Assembly: GCA_964016885.1 (NCBI GenBank)
Contig: OZ024744.1
Span: forward strand, 67,394,001-67,458,000
Direction: 5' to 3'
DNA length: 64,000 nt
Source of the DNA: Eledone cirrhosa
Lineage: Eukaryota
The notes beneath the pieces are model-generated. The model was not told where the DNA came from, ran no database searches, and was given only the letters and a program-made list of their open reading frames with translations. A program made the translations under genes and the position numbers. Numbering within the stretch: position 1 is the stretch's first letter; the number at the start of each line of letters is the position of its first letter. This document shows, piece by piece, positions 23,306 to 36,650 of this stretch.

Positions 23306-24289
23306 CTAGCAGTAAAGCCCCGCGTTGCTCGGGGTCGCTCAGTAGCTGTGTTAAAGTTACAATGTTAAGTTTCTTTCTTGGCTTAAAAACTGTAGTGTCT
23401 ACTGTGCAGACTTGCATGTGGTGTTTTTGATTAATATTCCCTCAACCAACAATATGCCTTATGAAGTTAAGAAAACATAACGATAACCCGAATGTTATAA
23501 CAAAAGAGGATGCTGGGGATAGAAACTGCACTGGTTATTTATTAACAAAGATCGAAAATGTAAACACTGCAACGCAGAGAAAAAGATTAGCGTAACCAAA
23601 TTATCAGTTATGTCTGTCTGCACGCCTATATCACCTCTCTGCACGACTGTATGTCTGCACGCCTATATCACCTCTCTGCACGACTGTCTGTCTGCACGCC
23701 TATATCACCTCTCTGCACGACTGTCTGTCTGCACGCCTATATCACCTCTCTGCACGACTGTCTGTCTGCACGCGTATATCACCTCTCTGCACGACTGTCT
23801 GTCTGCACGACTGTCTGTCTGCACGCCTAACGACGAAATATTTGCTTGTTTTACGTAGTCTTTAAATAGACTTGTTTTCAAGTAAAAATATTGTTTTAAA
23901 ATGCTTTTAAATGGAAATGAAGCAAAACGGAAGCCTAGTGTTCGAACTGATGAATTTTGCAGGTCAATATTTTGCTGGCTCGACAACTGTTCGTGTATTG
24001 TGTTAATGTCATTTTAAACGCTGAGAAAGCCAGCGTAAAATTTTACGTAAGACGCTCAATGTAAACAGAACAAAGGGAAATAACTGATAACTTACGCTCA
24101 AAAATCGATACATTATATTCGATTTCGTCACATAGGGTGGGTCAATTTGAAATATTTTTTTCCGATGTCTTCGCTAGGGCTCAATGTACAAGTATAGCAA
24201 TTTCGGTGCAATTCCGTGAGAGATTCTAAGAGGAGATGTGTGCCAAAAATCGATAGACAGACAGACAACCACAGTTTTATATATATAGA
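23306..24289 (-). mobile_element. Non-autonomous Helitron
   Basis: Minus strand starts A|TCTATATATATAAAA with a (CTGT)n stretch and ends CCCCG-agcaacg-CGGGG hairpin + 8 nt + CTAG|T; no TSD. Confidence 0.85.
23611..23830. repeat. 37-bp minisatellite (~5.5 copies) inside the Helitron
   Basis: Unit gtctgcacgcctatatcacctctctgcacgactgtct; period 37 (23621 to 23658). Confidence 0.93.
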
Positions 24290-24351
24290 TAAATAATGAG
24301 GCTTACGGGAGCGAGAAAAAAGATGTCCGACCACACCAATAACCAATATTG

Positions 24352-24690
24352 ATAATGGTTTCTGATTTAGGCACAAGGCCAGCATTTGGGGGGGCAATTA
24401 AATCGATCACAGTGGGTTACTGGTATTTTATTTTATCAACCTTGTAAGGATGAAAGGCAAAGTTAACCTCAGTGGGATTTGAACTCAGAACGTAAAGGAA
24501 TGTAGAGCATCAGACACCATGCCTTGAAGCATGGTGTCTGATGCTCTACTGATACTGGCAATCCACCGCTAATAATATAATTGTTTCTACTTTTGGCACA
24601 AAGCCAGTAATTACCCAGTGTATTACTGGTACTTTATTGTATCGACCCCGTAAGGATGAAAGGCAAAGTTAGCTTCGGCGGGATTAATAT
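24352..24690 (-). mobile_element. Two tandem copies of SINE family 1 (tRNA-like head, GCCTTTCATCCTTACGGGGTCGATAAA central domain, ATT tail)
   Basis: B-box GAGTTCAAATCC and shared central domain recurring at more than 15 places in the window. Confidence 0.85.
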
Positions 24691-25149
24691 TAACCGCTAA
24701 TAATAATAAGAATAGAATAGAATAGAATAATTGTTTCTAAATATAATAATATAATATAATAACCTATGTGTGTTGGTTAACTAGATCGATATCACATATA
24801 AAAGGGGGAGAGAAAGAAAGATGTGGCATATGGGTTGAAGGAGACGTGTGCACACCGAGGGGAGTTTCGGACAAAAAGTGAGAAAAATGTAAGTAATAGA
24901 AAGTTATACTGGCGTGAGCAAATTCGAACACATGCACACGCGTGCGCACCTAACTGTCGTCTGCTGAGCGTTTGAATGAATTTATATTCTACGAATAGAA
25001 AAGACATATATGAAAGTATATATTTCTTTTCTTGTCAAATCACTGCATTACGAGGAATTACAAAGCACAAGAGGAAATGCTTCGGAGCGTTGGCGTTGGG
25101 TTGTGGTGCCTGCATAAGACGAAAACATGACGCATTTGTTCCACTTCAG

Positions 25150-25545
25150 TATCAAGATCAGGGTCTTTGGATCAAAAACGACTGATCTAGAGGGATTCTG
25201 AGGAAAGGGGTGACAGGTTTGGTAATGCGTGTGAGATGTGACGAAGAAAAATATTTGGAGTCTATAAGTTTATAGTAAAGTTTATAGTAAAGTGGGTGTT
25301 GTTAATAAAAAAGATAATATCTAACAAGCTGAGATAGATTTAGGAGATAGAGGACGTGAATGGTCGTGGACATTGTGAATGAAGAAAATGTAAAGAATGA
25401 GCTGCTCTCTAACGAATGAGGTCGGATATAACCATCGAAGAAATGGGCGTATATTGCTTGGGTTGTTGATCCAAAGAACCTGGGTGGAAAATAAGACATT
25501 CGATATGGCCTGCTAACAAATTGGTATAACTAGGGCCCATGTTTA
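25150..25545 (-). mobile_element. Highly decayed PLE RT fragment
   Basis: Minus strand MGPSYTNLLAGHIE (PLE RT motif MGPSYANLF) followed by LLDI..YKLIDS..SSSH-like remnants. Confidence 0.55.
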
Positions 25546-25872
25546 AACACATCAGTACTCTTCATACAAACAAATGTTCAAGCCTCCTTAAACTCCTGAT
25601 AGTGTCGTGGGGACGCCGTTCTGACAACGGGGTGTCTTGGGCCTTTTCAACCTGGCGGAGGAGCACATATCTCTCCAGGTCGGGACACAGACGATGTCTT
25701 TTCAGAGTAAGTGTTAAAGCAGTTTATATATCAGCTCCTGTAAATTCGTCAGAAGGAGCATAAGAAAAATGACACACCATAGAAGAGAGCAAGGTTAGAT
25801 ATATATATTTTTTATACATAATTAATTCATTCGTATGTTCTTTATTGTTTTATGTACATAATAATTGTTTAT

Positions 25873-26200
25873 GTGAAGGCACATGGCTTAGTTGGTAGAG
25901 CATTTGGGCTTGCAATTGAGAGGTTGTGAGTTCGATTCTCGTACCAGGCTTTGTATTGTGTTCTTGAGCAAAACACTTTATTTCATGTTGCTCCACTTTA
26001 TTCAGCTGTAGAAATGAGTTGCGACGTCACTGGTGCCAAGCTGTATCGGTCATTGCCTTTCCCTTGGACATCATCCGTGGCGTGGAGAGGGGAGAGACTG
26101 GTATGTATGGGTGACTACTGGTCTTCCACAAAACAAACCTTGCCCAGGCTTGTGCCTCGGAGGGAAACTTTCAAGGTGCAAAACCATGGTCATTCATGAG
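25873..26200 (+). mobile_element. SINE family 2 (tRNA-derived head)
   Basis: A-box TGGCTTAGTTGG, B-box GTTCGATTC, then GTGTTCTTGAGCAAAACACTT; other copies at 27730-28790(-), 32050-32625 and 35105-35250(-). Confidence 0.85.
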
Positions 26201-26224
26201 TCGTGTGGGGCCTTCAATTGTTTA

Positions 26225-26425
26225 TACTTTAAACACAAAGCCAGCAATTTGAAAGGGAGAGGGGAAAGTCGATTAAATCGACCCCAGTGCATTACTAGTG
26301 CTTTATTTTATCGACCCCGTAAGGATGAAAGGGTAAGCTAACCTCGGCGGGATTTGAACTCAGAACGTAAAGGGCCACGAATCATGGTGTCCGACGCTCT
26401 ACCATTACTGTCAATCCACCACCCT
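26225..26425 (-). mobile_element. SINE family 1 copy
   Basis: Same central domain and B-box as 24352-24690. Confidence 0.8.
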
Positions 26426-27119
26426 TATATAGATAATAATAATTTACTTCACAACACTTTCAGAAGATGTTCAAACAGAATATTAAGGCGCGAAAATTAA
26501 TCTATTTTCTGAAAAGTAGATGGCTAAGATAATTTTGAACGGACATTAAAAGAGCAGAAGCTTTTGAATTGTTCGAGGCAGTGACCATTTTAAAAGTTAG
26601 ATTTATTGGTGAATTCTTCAAGACTATTTATTAAGGAAGTCTTCAAGACAGTGCGCATTCTAATAGCAGCTAAATTAGAATAGAACGGAAACAATTTAGA
26701 AGGAAGATAACAACAGCATAAGGTTCGTGTCATTTCAATTTAACCTGTCAGCCAGATTTCTGCCACTTTCTTTCTATGCTTGAGGGTGGAAGTATCTTGG
26801 CAAGGATCCAAAATGTTCGGTTACAGTTTGAGAGATGAGAGCATTTCTAAGCTGTGTGGTGCATGAAATCATCTAGTTAACATATTTTGGTTCATTACTT
26901 TATGTAGAAAATGTTACACTATACTAAACTGGTGGAGGATAGATATAGGATTTTGTAAGTAAGCAAAAATTTATTTTAGGGACACATTTTCAGTAAAGGC
27001 ATATTTTGTGTCTTTTCTGTAAGATAATTTCCAGACAATTTAAAACAGCAGAACTCAGAGGTGAAATATGTAAATTAGTCTTTATGTTGAATATAGATAT
27101 CAGGAACATATATATCTTT

Positions 27120-27278
27120 CTATCTAGGGCGGGTAAAATTTCAGAGATTCGTGGACGAGTTCTATCCAGTCGTCTCTGTCCTTCAGCATTGCCGTTAAGT
27201 ACAGCATCTCCCATCAACATATATCATCCTTGGTCTCCCTCTTCCAGTGTATCCCTGTAGGGGGCTTCCACAGGACCA
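27120..27278 (-). mobile_element. 3' end of an RTE/RTEX-like LINE (second copy at 40055-40270)
   Basis: Homologous to 40055-40230, which encodes VLLWEPLHGHTGSGRQRLTY..MRDRDRWRELV; both abut (TA)n. Confidence 0.7.
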
Positions 27279-27729
27279 CAAATATATACACATATATATA
27301 TATATATACCTTAGTCTTTTCTCTATAAATGTCCTATTAAAATCACAACTTTTTGCTTAATTGGTCGTGGCTATCACATCCATACTCTGAACTGACTCAA
27401 TGAGTCTATGTATTTGATCGCTTGCTACAAACACCAGTCAAATCACCCCAAATTCCTTATTCTATTGTCTAAAAAAAAAGATAAATAAATAAATTGAATA
27501 ATGTAAAGTTAGATACACTATGCCTAGAAAATGACGGGTTAGTCACGGTTGAAATGATGGTAAATGATTAATCATTGACATATAACAGCCGATCGACGTG
27601 CCGACCAAGACCAATTGTAAGAATATTTCAGAGAAGATGTCTGTCCACAAAACAAAAAGAATATCGAAAATGTAGCAGCAACCCAGTTCCAAATAAATAA
27701 GGGTAAAAGTAAAGACACTCCCCCCCCCC

Positions 27730-28231
27730 CCTTCGGTTACGAATGACCATGGGATTTGCACCTTGAATGTTCCCCTCCGAGAGGCAAGTCTGGGCAAGGT
27801 TGTTTGAGGAAGACCAGTAGTCGTCCATGCATACCAGTCTCTCCCCTCTACACGCTACTGATGTTATCCAAGGGAAAGGTAATGGCCGATACAGCTTAGC
27901 AGCAGTGATGCCATGACTAAAATATACAGTAAATATACACTATGTATATACTATATATACGCATAGAGTTACTGTCCTTGCCATTCTGAGTTCAAATCCC
28001 GCCGAGGTTAACTTTGCCTTTCATCCTTTCGGGGTCGATAAAATAAAGTACCAGTAATACACTGGGTAATTGCTGGCCTTGAGCCAAATGTAGAAACAAT
28101 TATATATATATATACACTATATATAATGTTATCCAAGAGAAAGGTAATGGCCGATACAGCTTGGTACCAGTGATGTCGTAACTAATATATACATTTTATA
28201 TACAGTACATATACACTATATATATATACTA

Positions 28232-28265
<34 letters not shown>

Positions 28266-28790
28266 TTGTTAGTCTAGAATTAGCCGTCGAAACAGCTTGA
28301 GCTCAGCCGTCGGGGTCCTACTCGTTCCTATTACCCACTCTACTACCCTAAGTATTGAGTACTTTGGTGCGTTATGGTCCACCTGGTTCCTTACCACATT
28401 TCCTTCGTTATACTATATATTATATATATACACCATATATGATGTTGTCCAAGAGAAAGGCAATGGCCGATACAGCTTGGTACCAGTGATGTCGTAACTA
28501 GTATATACATTATATCTAAGTACATATACACTATGTATATACTATATATTATATATTATATAACACCATATATATAGACATCATATATGATGTTGTCCAA
28601 AGGAAAGGCAATGGTTGATACAGCTTGGTACCAGTGACGTCGCAACTCATTTCTACAGCTGAGTAAACTGGAGCAACGTGAAATAAAGTGTCTTGCTCAA
28701 GAACACAATACAAAAGCCCAGAACGAGAATCGAACGCACAACCTCGTGATTATAAGCCCGACACTCTAACCACTAATCCATGCGCCTTCA
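27730..28790 (-). mobile_element. SINE family 2 copy with internal reiteration and nested insertions
   Basis: Body at 27730-27920, head at 28650-28790; a ~60-bp internal segment occurs four times; SINE family 1 (27960-28100) and a PLE tail (28270-28410) lie between. Confidence 0.75.
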
Positions 28791-29304
28791 CACGAAATAA
28801 ATATAGACACTACAAAACGCCAAAAACTTACATCGAAGCACATATAAATAATTCTTCCTGCTCAAATCTTTATATCCATAACGATCTTCATATTAGGTAT
28901 TAAGTTAGCTAAAAAGTATCAACCAGCATACCCAAATTCAACAGCATGTCCACAAACAAAATACAGAGGACATTGACCATCAAAGCTAATGCAGACCTGT
29001 CAACTCTCCCCATACATCACTCTTCATCTTTCATATGTACGCCATAGACAGCATCCTCACGGGTGACTTACAGACCTGTCAACTCTCACCGTCCGACAGA
29101 GAGATCTCCCACCAACTTTGAGGTGGGTGAGAAATGTCTTCTCTTGTGAAAATGGGTATAGCTTTCATTATATAAAATCTCCCCATTTTTGCCTCATTTC
29201 TCCCCGTTTTGGGGCACTTTATTTCATGATAACTCCTATTTGGATTTTTAGAGGTCGGTAGGTTTGTAAATGGATACTACATAACTAAAGCAAAAGAGAA
29301 TTTA

Positions 29305-29570
29305 CCGGTCGCTTTCCGACAGGTTTGCGGTCGTTCCCCTGGCAGTGGAAACTTCTGGTGTCCTCGGCCCCAGGGCTACCTCCTTACTCCTACCTCCTTA
29401 CTCCTACCTCCTTAAGCTGGCCAGCCGCAGGTGTGAGCCCCGTGAGTTGGAGTGGCTTTTCCAGCGCGTCTATCTTGCCGTCCTCCGGGGAAACGCCTTC
29501 TCCATTCTGTCCGCCGGGGCTGTGGGTGGGCCCCATCGCGTACCAATACATTAGTTAAATACCATTCTTT
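29305..29570 (+). mobile_element. 5'-truncated 3' end of the CRE-like element
   Basis: Near-identical to 56835-57093 (VETSGVLGPRATS..LRGNAFSILSAG). Confidence 0.9.
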
Positions 29571-29829
29571 CATCGTTACAATTTATCAGCGTAAAATACG
29601 CTTTTATTGATATAAAACACTTTACCACATAATACAAGAAACGATGTTACAACTCTTACACAGACACCTCATAATCTTAATTAGGCTGTGAGGAGACAGA
29701 ATAAACCAAACAACGACGGTGGCTTGGTGACATACATACACTTATAAAATGAAGTATTCAGTTACATAGATGCTACATAAGACACTCATATAGTTAAAAT
29801 TGTAACAAGCAATACGAAAGGTTTTAATA

Positions 29830-30470
29830 TAATTGTTTCTACTTTTGGGCACAAGGCCTGCAATTACCCCCACACTATACCGATACTGCCAATCCACCGC
29901 GGTTTTTGATAATGGTTCCTGATTTAGGCACAAGACCAACAATTTTAGGGCGGGGGAAAGTCGATTACGTCGACCCCAGTGCATTTCTGGTGCTTTATTT
30001 TATCGACCCCTTAAGGATGAAAGGCAAAGGTAACCTCAGCCGGATTTGAACTCAGATCGTAAAGGGCCGTAACTCTATGCAGCAAAGTATAGTGTCCAAC
30101 GCTCTACCGATACTGCCAATCCACCGCTCTAAAGGCTTTTATATAATAAAAAAATATCTCACCAACCAACTCATTAGATTACACACCGTAATTACACAAC
30201 CTAAAAGACTTCCAAATACCCTGAAGAGGAGACACTTTAGTAAGTACAACAAATATTGGTACCAACAACAATTTTTATAACACAAAAAGAAATAATTGTT
30301 TCTACTTTAGGCACAAGGCCAGCAATTAACCAGTACATTACTGGTACTTTATTTTATCGACCCCGTAAGGATGAAAGGCAAAGTTAACCTCGGCGGGATT
30401 TGAACTCAGACTGTAAAGGGACGTAACTATGCTAGAAAGCATGGCGTCCAACCCTCTACCGATACTGCCA
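29830..30470 (-). mobile_element. Cluster of three SINE family 1 copies
   Basis: Repeated ttgtttctact..ggcacaaggcc 3' ends and central domain at ~29830, ~29910 and ~30293. Confidence 0.8.
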
Positions 30471-30789
30471 AAAAGAAATAATATAGGATCGTGACTAAAT
30501 TATCTCTACATTGTAAATAACCCAATCATTAATAATACTCATATGTCTCACCAAGCTAGCTACAGTTATTTCCCTCTCGAGGGAGACTTCAGGTTTTGCT
30601 AACACACTGAGCTACCACAATCATGAGGCAAACAATCCTTCAACTTACTATTATCATCACAACACAACATATCAAAAGAATAAAACAAACCTTTTTTTTT
30701 TAAAAGACCTTAGTGGATCCATTCACATCAAAAGACTGAATTATAGAATTCCATTGCACAATAATCTCCATCATTGATGTTGCAGTAAA

Positions 30790-30806
30790 TATATATATAT
30801 ATATAT

Positions 30807-30878
<72 letters not shown>

Positions 30879-30906
30879 GTATATTTATGTATGTGTGTGT
30901 GTGTAC

Positions 30907-30956
<50 letters not shown>

Positions 30957-30982
30957 TTATATATATACACATATATATACAC

Positions 30983-31050
<68 letters not shown>

Positions 31051-31095
31051 TTATATATATATACATACACATACATATATACTCACACATACACA
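30790..31095. repeat. Compound (TA)n/(TG)n/(CA)n microsatellite
   Basis: Direct inspection. Confidence 0.97.
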
Positions 31096-31419
31096 TTCAC
31101 AACTGGAACTAGACAAATAGGTTTTAAAAACAACATATACTACATTTGAAGTTGACCATGTGTAACAGAAATAAAGCTCAGCTTCAAGCAACTAAACAAA
31201 GAACTACAAACACAATAATAGGATAACACAAAATTAGCCAACATTTGTATCTAGTGTAGGTCCCTAAACAAACAGCTAAACAGTCTACAAAACAACTAAC
31301 AGCATCAGCAACTCTGACATGACATCACACAGTAACAACCTTAAATACTATATGGCATTCTTAAGCAAAGAAAGTCACTGATCAAACAGTTTCTATTGAT
31401 CAATCAATCAGAACGAATA

Positions 31420-31830
31420 CTTCTTCCTAATGTCATTCTTATTCTTTGAAGGGTCATTGGGGCTGAGTCCTCAAGTATGCCTTCTAATGGGTCCTGTCAG
31501 AAGCAACTGTCTCCAAATGATCCGGCTGGATCCCTAAGCGAGACCATGGATGTTATCCAACCATCTTGTTCAGGGTCTACCCCCGGGGTCTCCTGCCCAT
31601 AAAATCTGTCCGGTGATACTTATTTTTAGACATTCTAACCACATGCCTGTAATATCAGTGCTGTGATCTCTCAATTTGAAGAAGTAGCGGCTCTATTTGG
31701 AGCGACTCTATCGAGTAACCTTACTCCAAAGATTCTAGAGAGAAACTTCATTTCAACTGCTTGAATTCGCGATCATATTATTTCAGTCATTACCCAAGAT
31801 TCATAGGTAAAAGGTCCGCACGAATACCTA
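31420..31830 (-). mobile_element. Decayed RTE-clade LINE 3' fragment
   Basis: Minus strand YESWVMTE..RIQAVEMKFL and RRPRG.P.TRWLD; related to 53175-53462. Confidence 0.7.
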
Positions 31831-32371
31831 GGCCACTGCATTAAATCCTTCTTCAATCACCAGAAAACAGTTAAGGAAATCCCAAACTCAAAAGCCTTTG
31901 AGCACACATCTAGAACATTTAGATCTCTTGGAATCAATTGCACTGCTTAATATAGTGAACAGTTTATTCTATTACGGCCTAATTTCGAGAATTTGGAGAA
32001 ATTGGGTAAATAAACGTAACAAAACTTCAATGAGACCACCATCACTAACCCCATCAGCTTCCTATGGATAGCACTCCACTGGTTACGATGACGAGTATTC
32101 CAATTGATTCGATTAACGGAACAGCCTGCTCGTGAATTTAACGTGCAAGTGACTGAGCATTCCACAGACACGCGTACCCACAACATAGTTGTCTGGGAGG
32201 TTCAGTGTGACACAAAATGTGACAAGGCTGGCCTCTCGAATTACAAATACAACTCATTTTTACCAGCTGAGTGGACTGGAACAACGTGAAATAAAGTGTC
32301 TTGCTCGAAAACACAATGCGCAGCCAGGAATCGAACTCACGACCTTACAATTGTGAGCCGAATATCTTAAC

Positions 32372-32593
32372 GTGAAGGCGTGTGGCTGAGTTGTTAGAGA
32401 ATTGGATTCGCAATCGTGAGGTTGTGAGTTCGATTCCTGGACCGGGCGATGCGTTATGTCCTTGAGCAAGACTCTTTATTTCCCGTTGCTCCTTCTACCT
32501 GGAATTGCGACCGATAGATAGTATTAACAATTGGAAAGACCAATGGAAACATTGTTTCCTCGGTCCGATATGACGAAAGTCGATCGACTGTCG
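32372..32593 (+). mobile_element. SINE family 2 head with an atypical body, inserted into an oppositely oriented SINE with a 10-bp TSD
   Basis: ATATCTTAAC at 32362-32371 and 32594-32603; the host SINE resumes after the second copy. Confidence 0.8.
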
Positions 32594-33029
32594 ATATCTT
32601 AACCACAAAGCCACGCACCTTCATCCCCTATGCACACCCTTAAACACACTAGAAAGATTCATCTATGACATCATTAACCTTCACGTTTTTCTTTAAAACT
32701 ATAAACATAGATTCACTCATAAACCTTAAAGAAAGAATACTTGAGTTTCAACAATATAACATTTTTATATTCACCATTTTAACAACTATTCTTCGGATAT
32801 ATTTTGCCACAAAATACACTGTACCATCATATAAAACAACCTAAGTCTAAATCAACGAGTGGATATCTAGATGGTCATTACACCTGCTAGAAATAACAAC
32901 CAAACATCCCTTCAAATTACATACAGCATCCAAAACTTCATTATCCTATGTTTGAAATCTGAATGGGATTCTCATTACTGGAATGCCATTGATCATAGGC
33001 CTATTTAATCAATGTTGATCTTATGCTAA

Positions 33030-33350
33030 ACAATAATTGTTTCTACTTTTGGCACAGGGCCAGTAATTACCCAGTACATTACTGGTACTTTATTTTATCT
33101 ATCTCGTAAGGATGAAAGGCAAAGTTAATCTTGGCGCGATTTGAACTCAGATCGTAAAGGGTCATAACTATGCTCGAAAGCAAGGCGTCCGACCCTCTAC
33201 CAATACTGCCAATACACTGCCAAACAACAATAATGGTTTCTGATTTAGGCACAAGGCCAACAATTTGTAGAGAGGGAGGAAAGCCAACCCCGGTACGTAC
33301 GTGACTGGTACGTTATTTTATCGAAACCGGAAGGATGAAGGACAAGGTTC

Positions 33351-33384
<34 letters not shown>

Positions 33385-33500
33385 ATGGTTTCTGATTTAG
33401 GCACAGGGCCAATTTAGGAGTGAGGGAGCAAAGTCGGTTAAATCGACCTCATTAGGTGACTGGTGCTTTATTTCATCGACCCCGTAAGGATGAAAGGCAA

Positions 33501-33570
<70 letters not shown>
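33030..33570 (-). mobile_element. Chain of three SINE family 1 copies interleaved with (TAG)n microsatellites
   Basis: 3' ends at ~33033, ~33230 and ~33385; (TAG)n at 33351-33384 and 33510-33566. Confidence 0.8.
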
Positions 33571-33571
<1 letters not shown>

Positions 33572-34471
33572 AAGAATATAAGAAAAAAGACGGAAAAAGG
33601 CATAGTGAAAGAAACAAAAAATATAAAAAAGAATAACGAAGATATTCTTCTATAAAATAAAAGAAAACACCTGGCAACGTTCAATGGAATCTTGTTAAAG
33701 CGACATCAACTTGAACAGCTCATCATTCTATAGAAATTATAGATAGAAGAGGGCAGCCAAGTACTTGGCTTATCCATACGCTTGTTCAAGTTGATGATAA
33801 CAATGATGAAGGGAAAATGTTTCCTTCCATTAAAATAGATTGCTTACCATGACACTACTAGAGATATTAATTCAGAATTCCATCAGTTTGGCGAAATAAA
33901 GTAGTTGATTATGAATATATCTTAACTGTGAAGGAGAGCATTTCTTTCTTTCTTTCTTTCTTTTTTTTTTCGTGAGATACTGAGTTATAAATAGGACTAA
34001 CAAAAAACAACAACCTTGCATTATGTTTAAGTAGTGGAGACAAAGAAGTCTGCCAAATAGTTAGGGCGTCGACTTTCCGGCTGAAAAGTTGGCAGTTCGA
34101 ATCTTATTACCAGCAGACTGGAAAATATTTGAGAAGTGGAAAAGATTAATTTTTTTGTTCTCAGAAATCCTGAAGTGGTTAAATCTTACGTCTTATGATT
34201 CCCCTTGCTTTAAGTGTTTCGGTCGCTAACACCACATTATTCACATAGACAGACGGATCCACTTGAGGAAACGATCAAATCCATTCTTCCCATGGTCAAA
34301 CATTGAAAATAGAAAGATATATATAAAAAAAATGGTCAAAATATCATGTAACCTGTATCCAAATAGATCTTGTCCAGAAGAGTGATGATATAAAACAAAA
34401 ACCCATGATAGTCAAGGAGATAACGCTGAAGCCCAAAGCAATTATTCTGTCAAACATACTTGTCTTATTTC

Positions 34472-34906
34472 AGGCAGTATCGGTAGAGAGTCAGACGCCA
34501 TGCTTTGCAGCATTGAGTTACGGTCCTTTACAGTCTGAGTTCAAATCCCGCCGAGGTTAACTTTGCCTTTCATCCATACGGGGGTCGATAAAATAAAGTA
34601 CCAGTAATACACTAGGGTATTTGCTGGCCTTGTACCAAATGTAGAAACAATTATTATGATATTCAAAGGGCAGTTGATTGACAGAATCAGTAGAGCGTCA
34701 GACGCCATGCTTTTCAGCATAGAGTTACGCCCATTTATAGTCTGAGTTCAGATCCCTCCGAGGTTAGCTTTGCCTTTTATCCTTACGGGGTCGATAAAAT
34801 AAAGTACCTGTAAAGCACTGGGGATCCCTTTAATCGACCCCCCCCCCCCCAAAAAAAAAAAAAAAAATTGCTGGCCTTGTGCCTAAATCAGAAACCATTA
34901 TTATTA
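34472..34906 (+). mobile_element. Two tandem SINE family 1 copies, each ending in an ATT tail
   Basis: B-box, central domain and GGCCTTGT..GAAAC.ATTATT ends at ~34655 and ~34905. Confidence 0.85.
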
Positions 34907-36044
34907 TATCCAACTTATGTGTTACTTACGTAGACGTAGCATGGCTAAATGATTAAGGAATTCGCTTCGCAATTATTAGGTCCCGTGTTCGGTCGCACAG
35001 GGTGGTGAGTTCGGTCACACCTATGCAGGTTTAGCTGGCCTCCTCCAGGGTATATCTCGTTGGAGGTGTCTTGGGTGATTTAATGATAGGGTCCCTAGTC
35101 CTATCATCTCATTTCTACAGCTGAGTAAGCTGGAACAACGTGAAATAAAGTATCTTGCTCAAGGAAACAACACATCACCCGGTCAGAGAATCGAACTCAC
35201 AACATTTCGATTGCAAGCCCAATGCTCTAACCACTAAGCCATGCACCTTAGGTATTTGCTATTTACCATAGACTCGGTTCGACCAATATTTTGTGAAGTG
35301 CATGGAAGCTGTCTGGAAGCTCGTCGAAAGGACTGTATCCGTAATTCAAAGAGTTAGCATTGTCACACACTGTGTCACGCTGCATCTCCCTGAGAATAAC
35401 ATTAAGGTTACACATGTCTAGGCGGCGTATTGACAGAATCGTTAGAACGTCTGATAGAATGTTTTATGGTATTTGTTCTGGCTCTCTGCTCTCTGAGTTC
35501 AAATCCCGCCGAGGTTATCTTTGCTTTTCATCCATTCATGGTCGATAAAAAATTAAAAAATTACTAGTCTACTGGGTCGTCGATTCTTCCTCTATATCTC
35601 TTTCTCTCACACTCTCTATCCTTTTCTGGAAGAAATCTACTGTGTTCAGGCCTGGAGAGGCATACAATGTTATTTCATTAATCTATATATTTATATATAG
35701 ATTGTTGATCCTTGTTAATTGTTCATGAAATAAACATACTTTAATAAATCGTATTCTCATTTATAGTCAGCAGTCGTATTGAAATGTAAACAGTTTATGT
35801 ATTTATGATGTATTTATTTAAGAGTGGTGGAGTGACAGAATCCGTAGTGTGAGGGGGAGAATTCCATTGCGGTATTTGTCCTGGTTCCTTACATTCTGAG
35901 TTCAAATCCCGCCAGGGTCAACTTTGCTTTTCATCTCTCCGGAGTCAATAGCATAAAGCAGCAGTAAAGTACTGGCGTTGATTTTATCAACTTTGTACTT
36001 TTACTAAATTTGCTGGCCTTGTGCCTAACATTGAAATCACTACG

Positions 36045-36110
<66 letters not shown>

Positions 36111-36130
36111 TTCTTATGTAATCTGAGTTA

Positions 36131-36522
36131 TCGAATATAAATAACAATATTCGATTCGTTCGCAATTATGCAAACAAGCCTAATTTTAAAGCCATGTCAG
36201 TAGAATGACCCCCATCATTCTTGCTGTTGTGTTGGCATGTAAACAGAACTGCAGACACTAATGTTTCTGGGCGATTACCCTTCATCAGTACAGTATACTG
36301 CTTTCCTGCCAACTGTCAGAGCTACTGAAAATATATGATATTTTCTTAAATATACAGTGACTGATCGGCCTGATTTGAATATTAGCAGACTGGCTGATCA
36401 GTCAGATCTGCATATTAGCATGCCAACACACGATCAAAAATGGCGAGGTCATTCTACTGATATGCCTTAAAGAGGCTGTTTGCACAATTGTAAACGAATC
36501 GAATATTGTTATTAATATTCGA
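36131..36522. repeat. Fold-back element (~105-bp inverted arms 36131-36239 and 36419-36522) enclosing the hammerhead, between (TA)n tracts
   Basis: Arms are imperfect reverse complements. Confidence 0.8.
36248..36294 (-). ncRNA. Type I hammerhead ribozyme
   Basis: ACTGTA-CTGATGA-aGGG taatcg CCCa-GAAAC attagt GTC-TGCAGT: 6-bp stem I, intact core, GUC cleavage triplet. Confidence 0.8.
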
Positions 36523-36570
36523 AAAACACAAATTGCATTTATTGTATTCAGCCATGTAGAGCGATAAACT

Positions 36571-36645
<75 letters not shown>

Positions 36646-36650
<5 letters not shown>

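Noticed and set aside
23611-23830. CRISPR-like 37-bp repeat
   Set aside because: Contiguous tandem units with no unique spacers, inside a Helitron, in eukaryotic context with no cas genes
23948-23990. CTGATGA as a hammerhead core or C box
   Set aside because: No properly placed GAAA, stems or D box
30700-31149. IY-repeat, poly-F and poly-T/L ORFs (also 33397, 36569, 59033, 62986)
   Set aside because: Translations of microsatellites
33704-33796. 14-bp inverted repeat as a pre-miRNA or snoRNA
   Set aside because: Only the termini pair; the interior does not form a long hairpin or a box C/D arrangement
34045-34115. tRNA gene candidates (also SINE heads at 25873 and 32372)
   Set aside because: A/B-box-like motifs but no complete cloverleaf; better explained as tRNA-derived SINE heads
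26440-34460. Scattered minus-strand exon-like stretches (26445-26870, 28930-29060, 30550-30790, 34190-34460) and ORF 57165-57401
   Set aside because: In-frame stops, weak splice sites and no recognisable protein; a decayed gene or lncRNA cannot be excluded without RNA data
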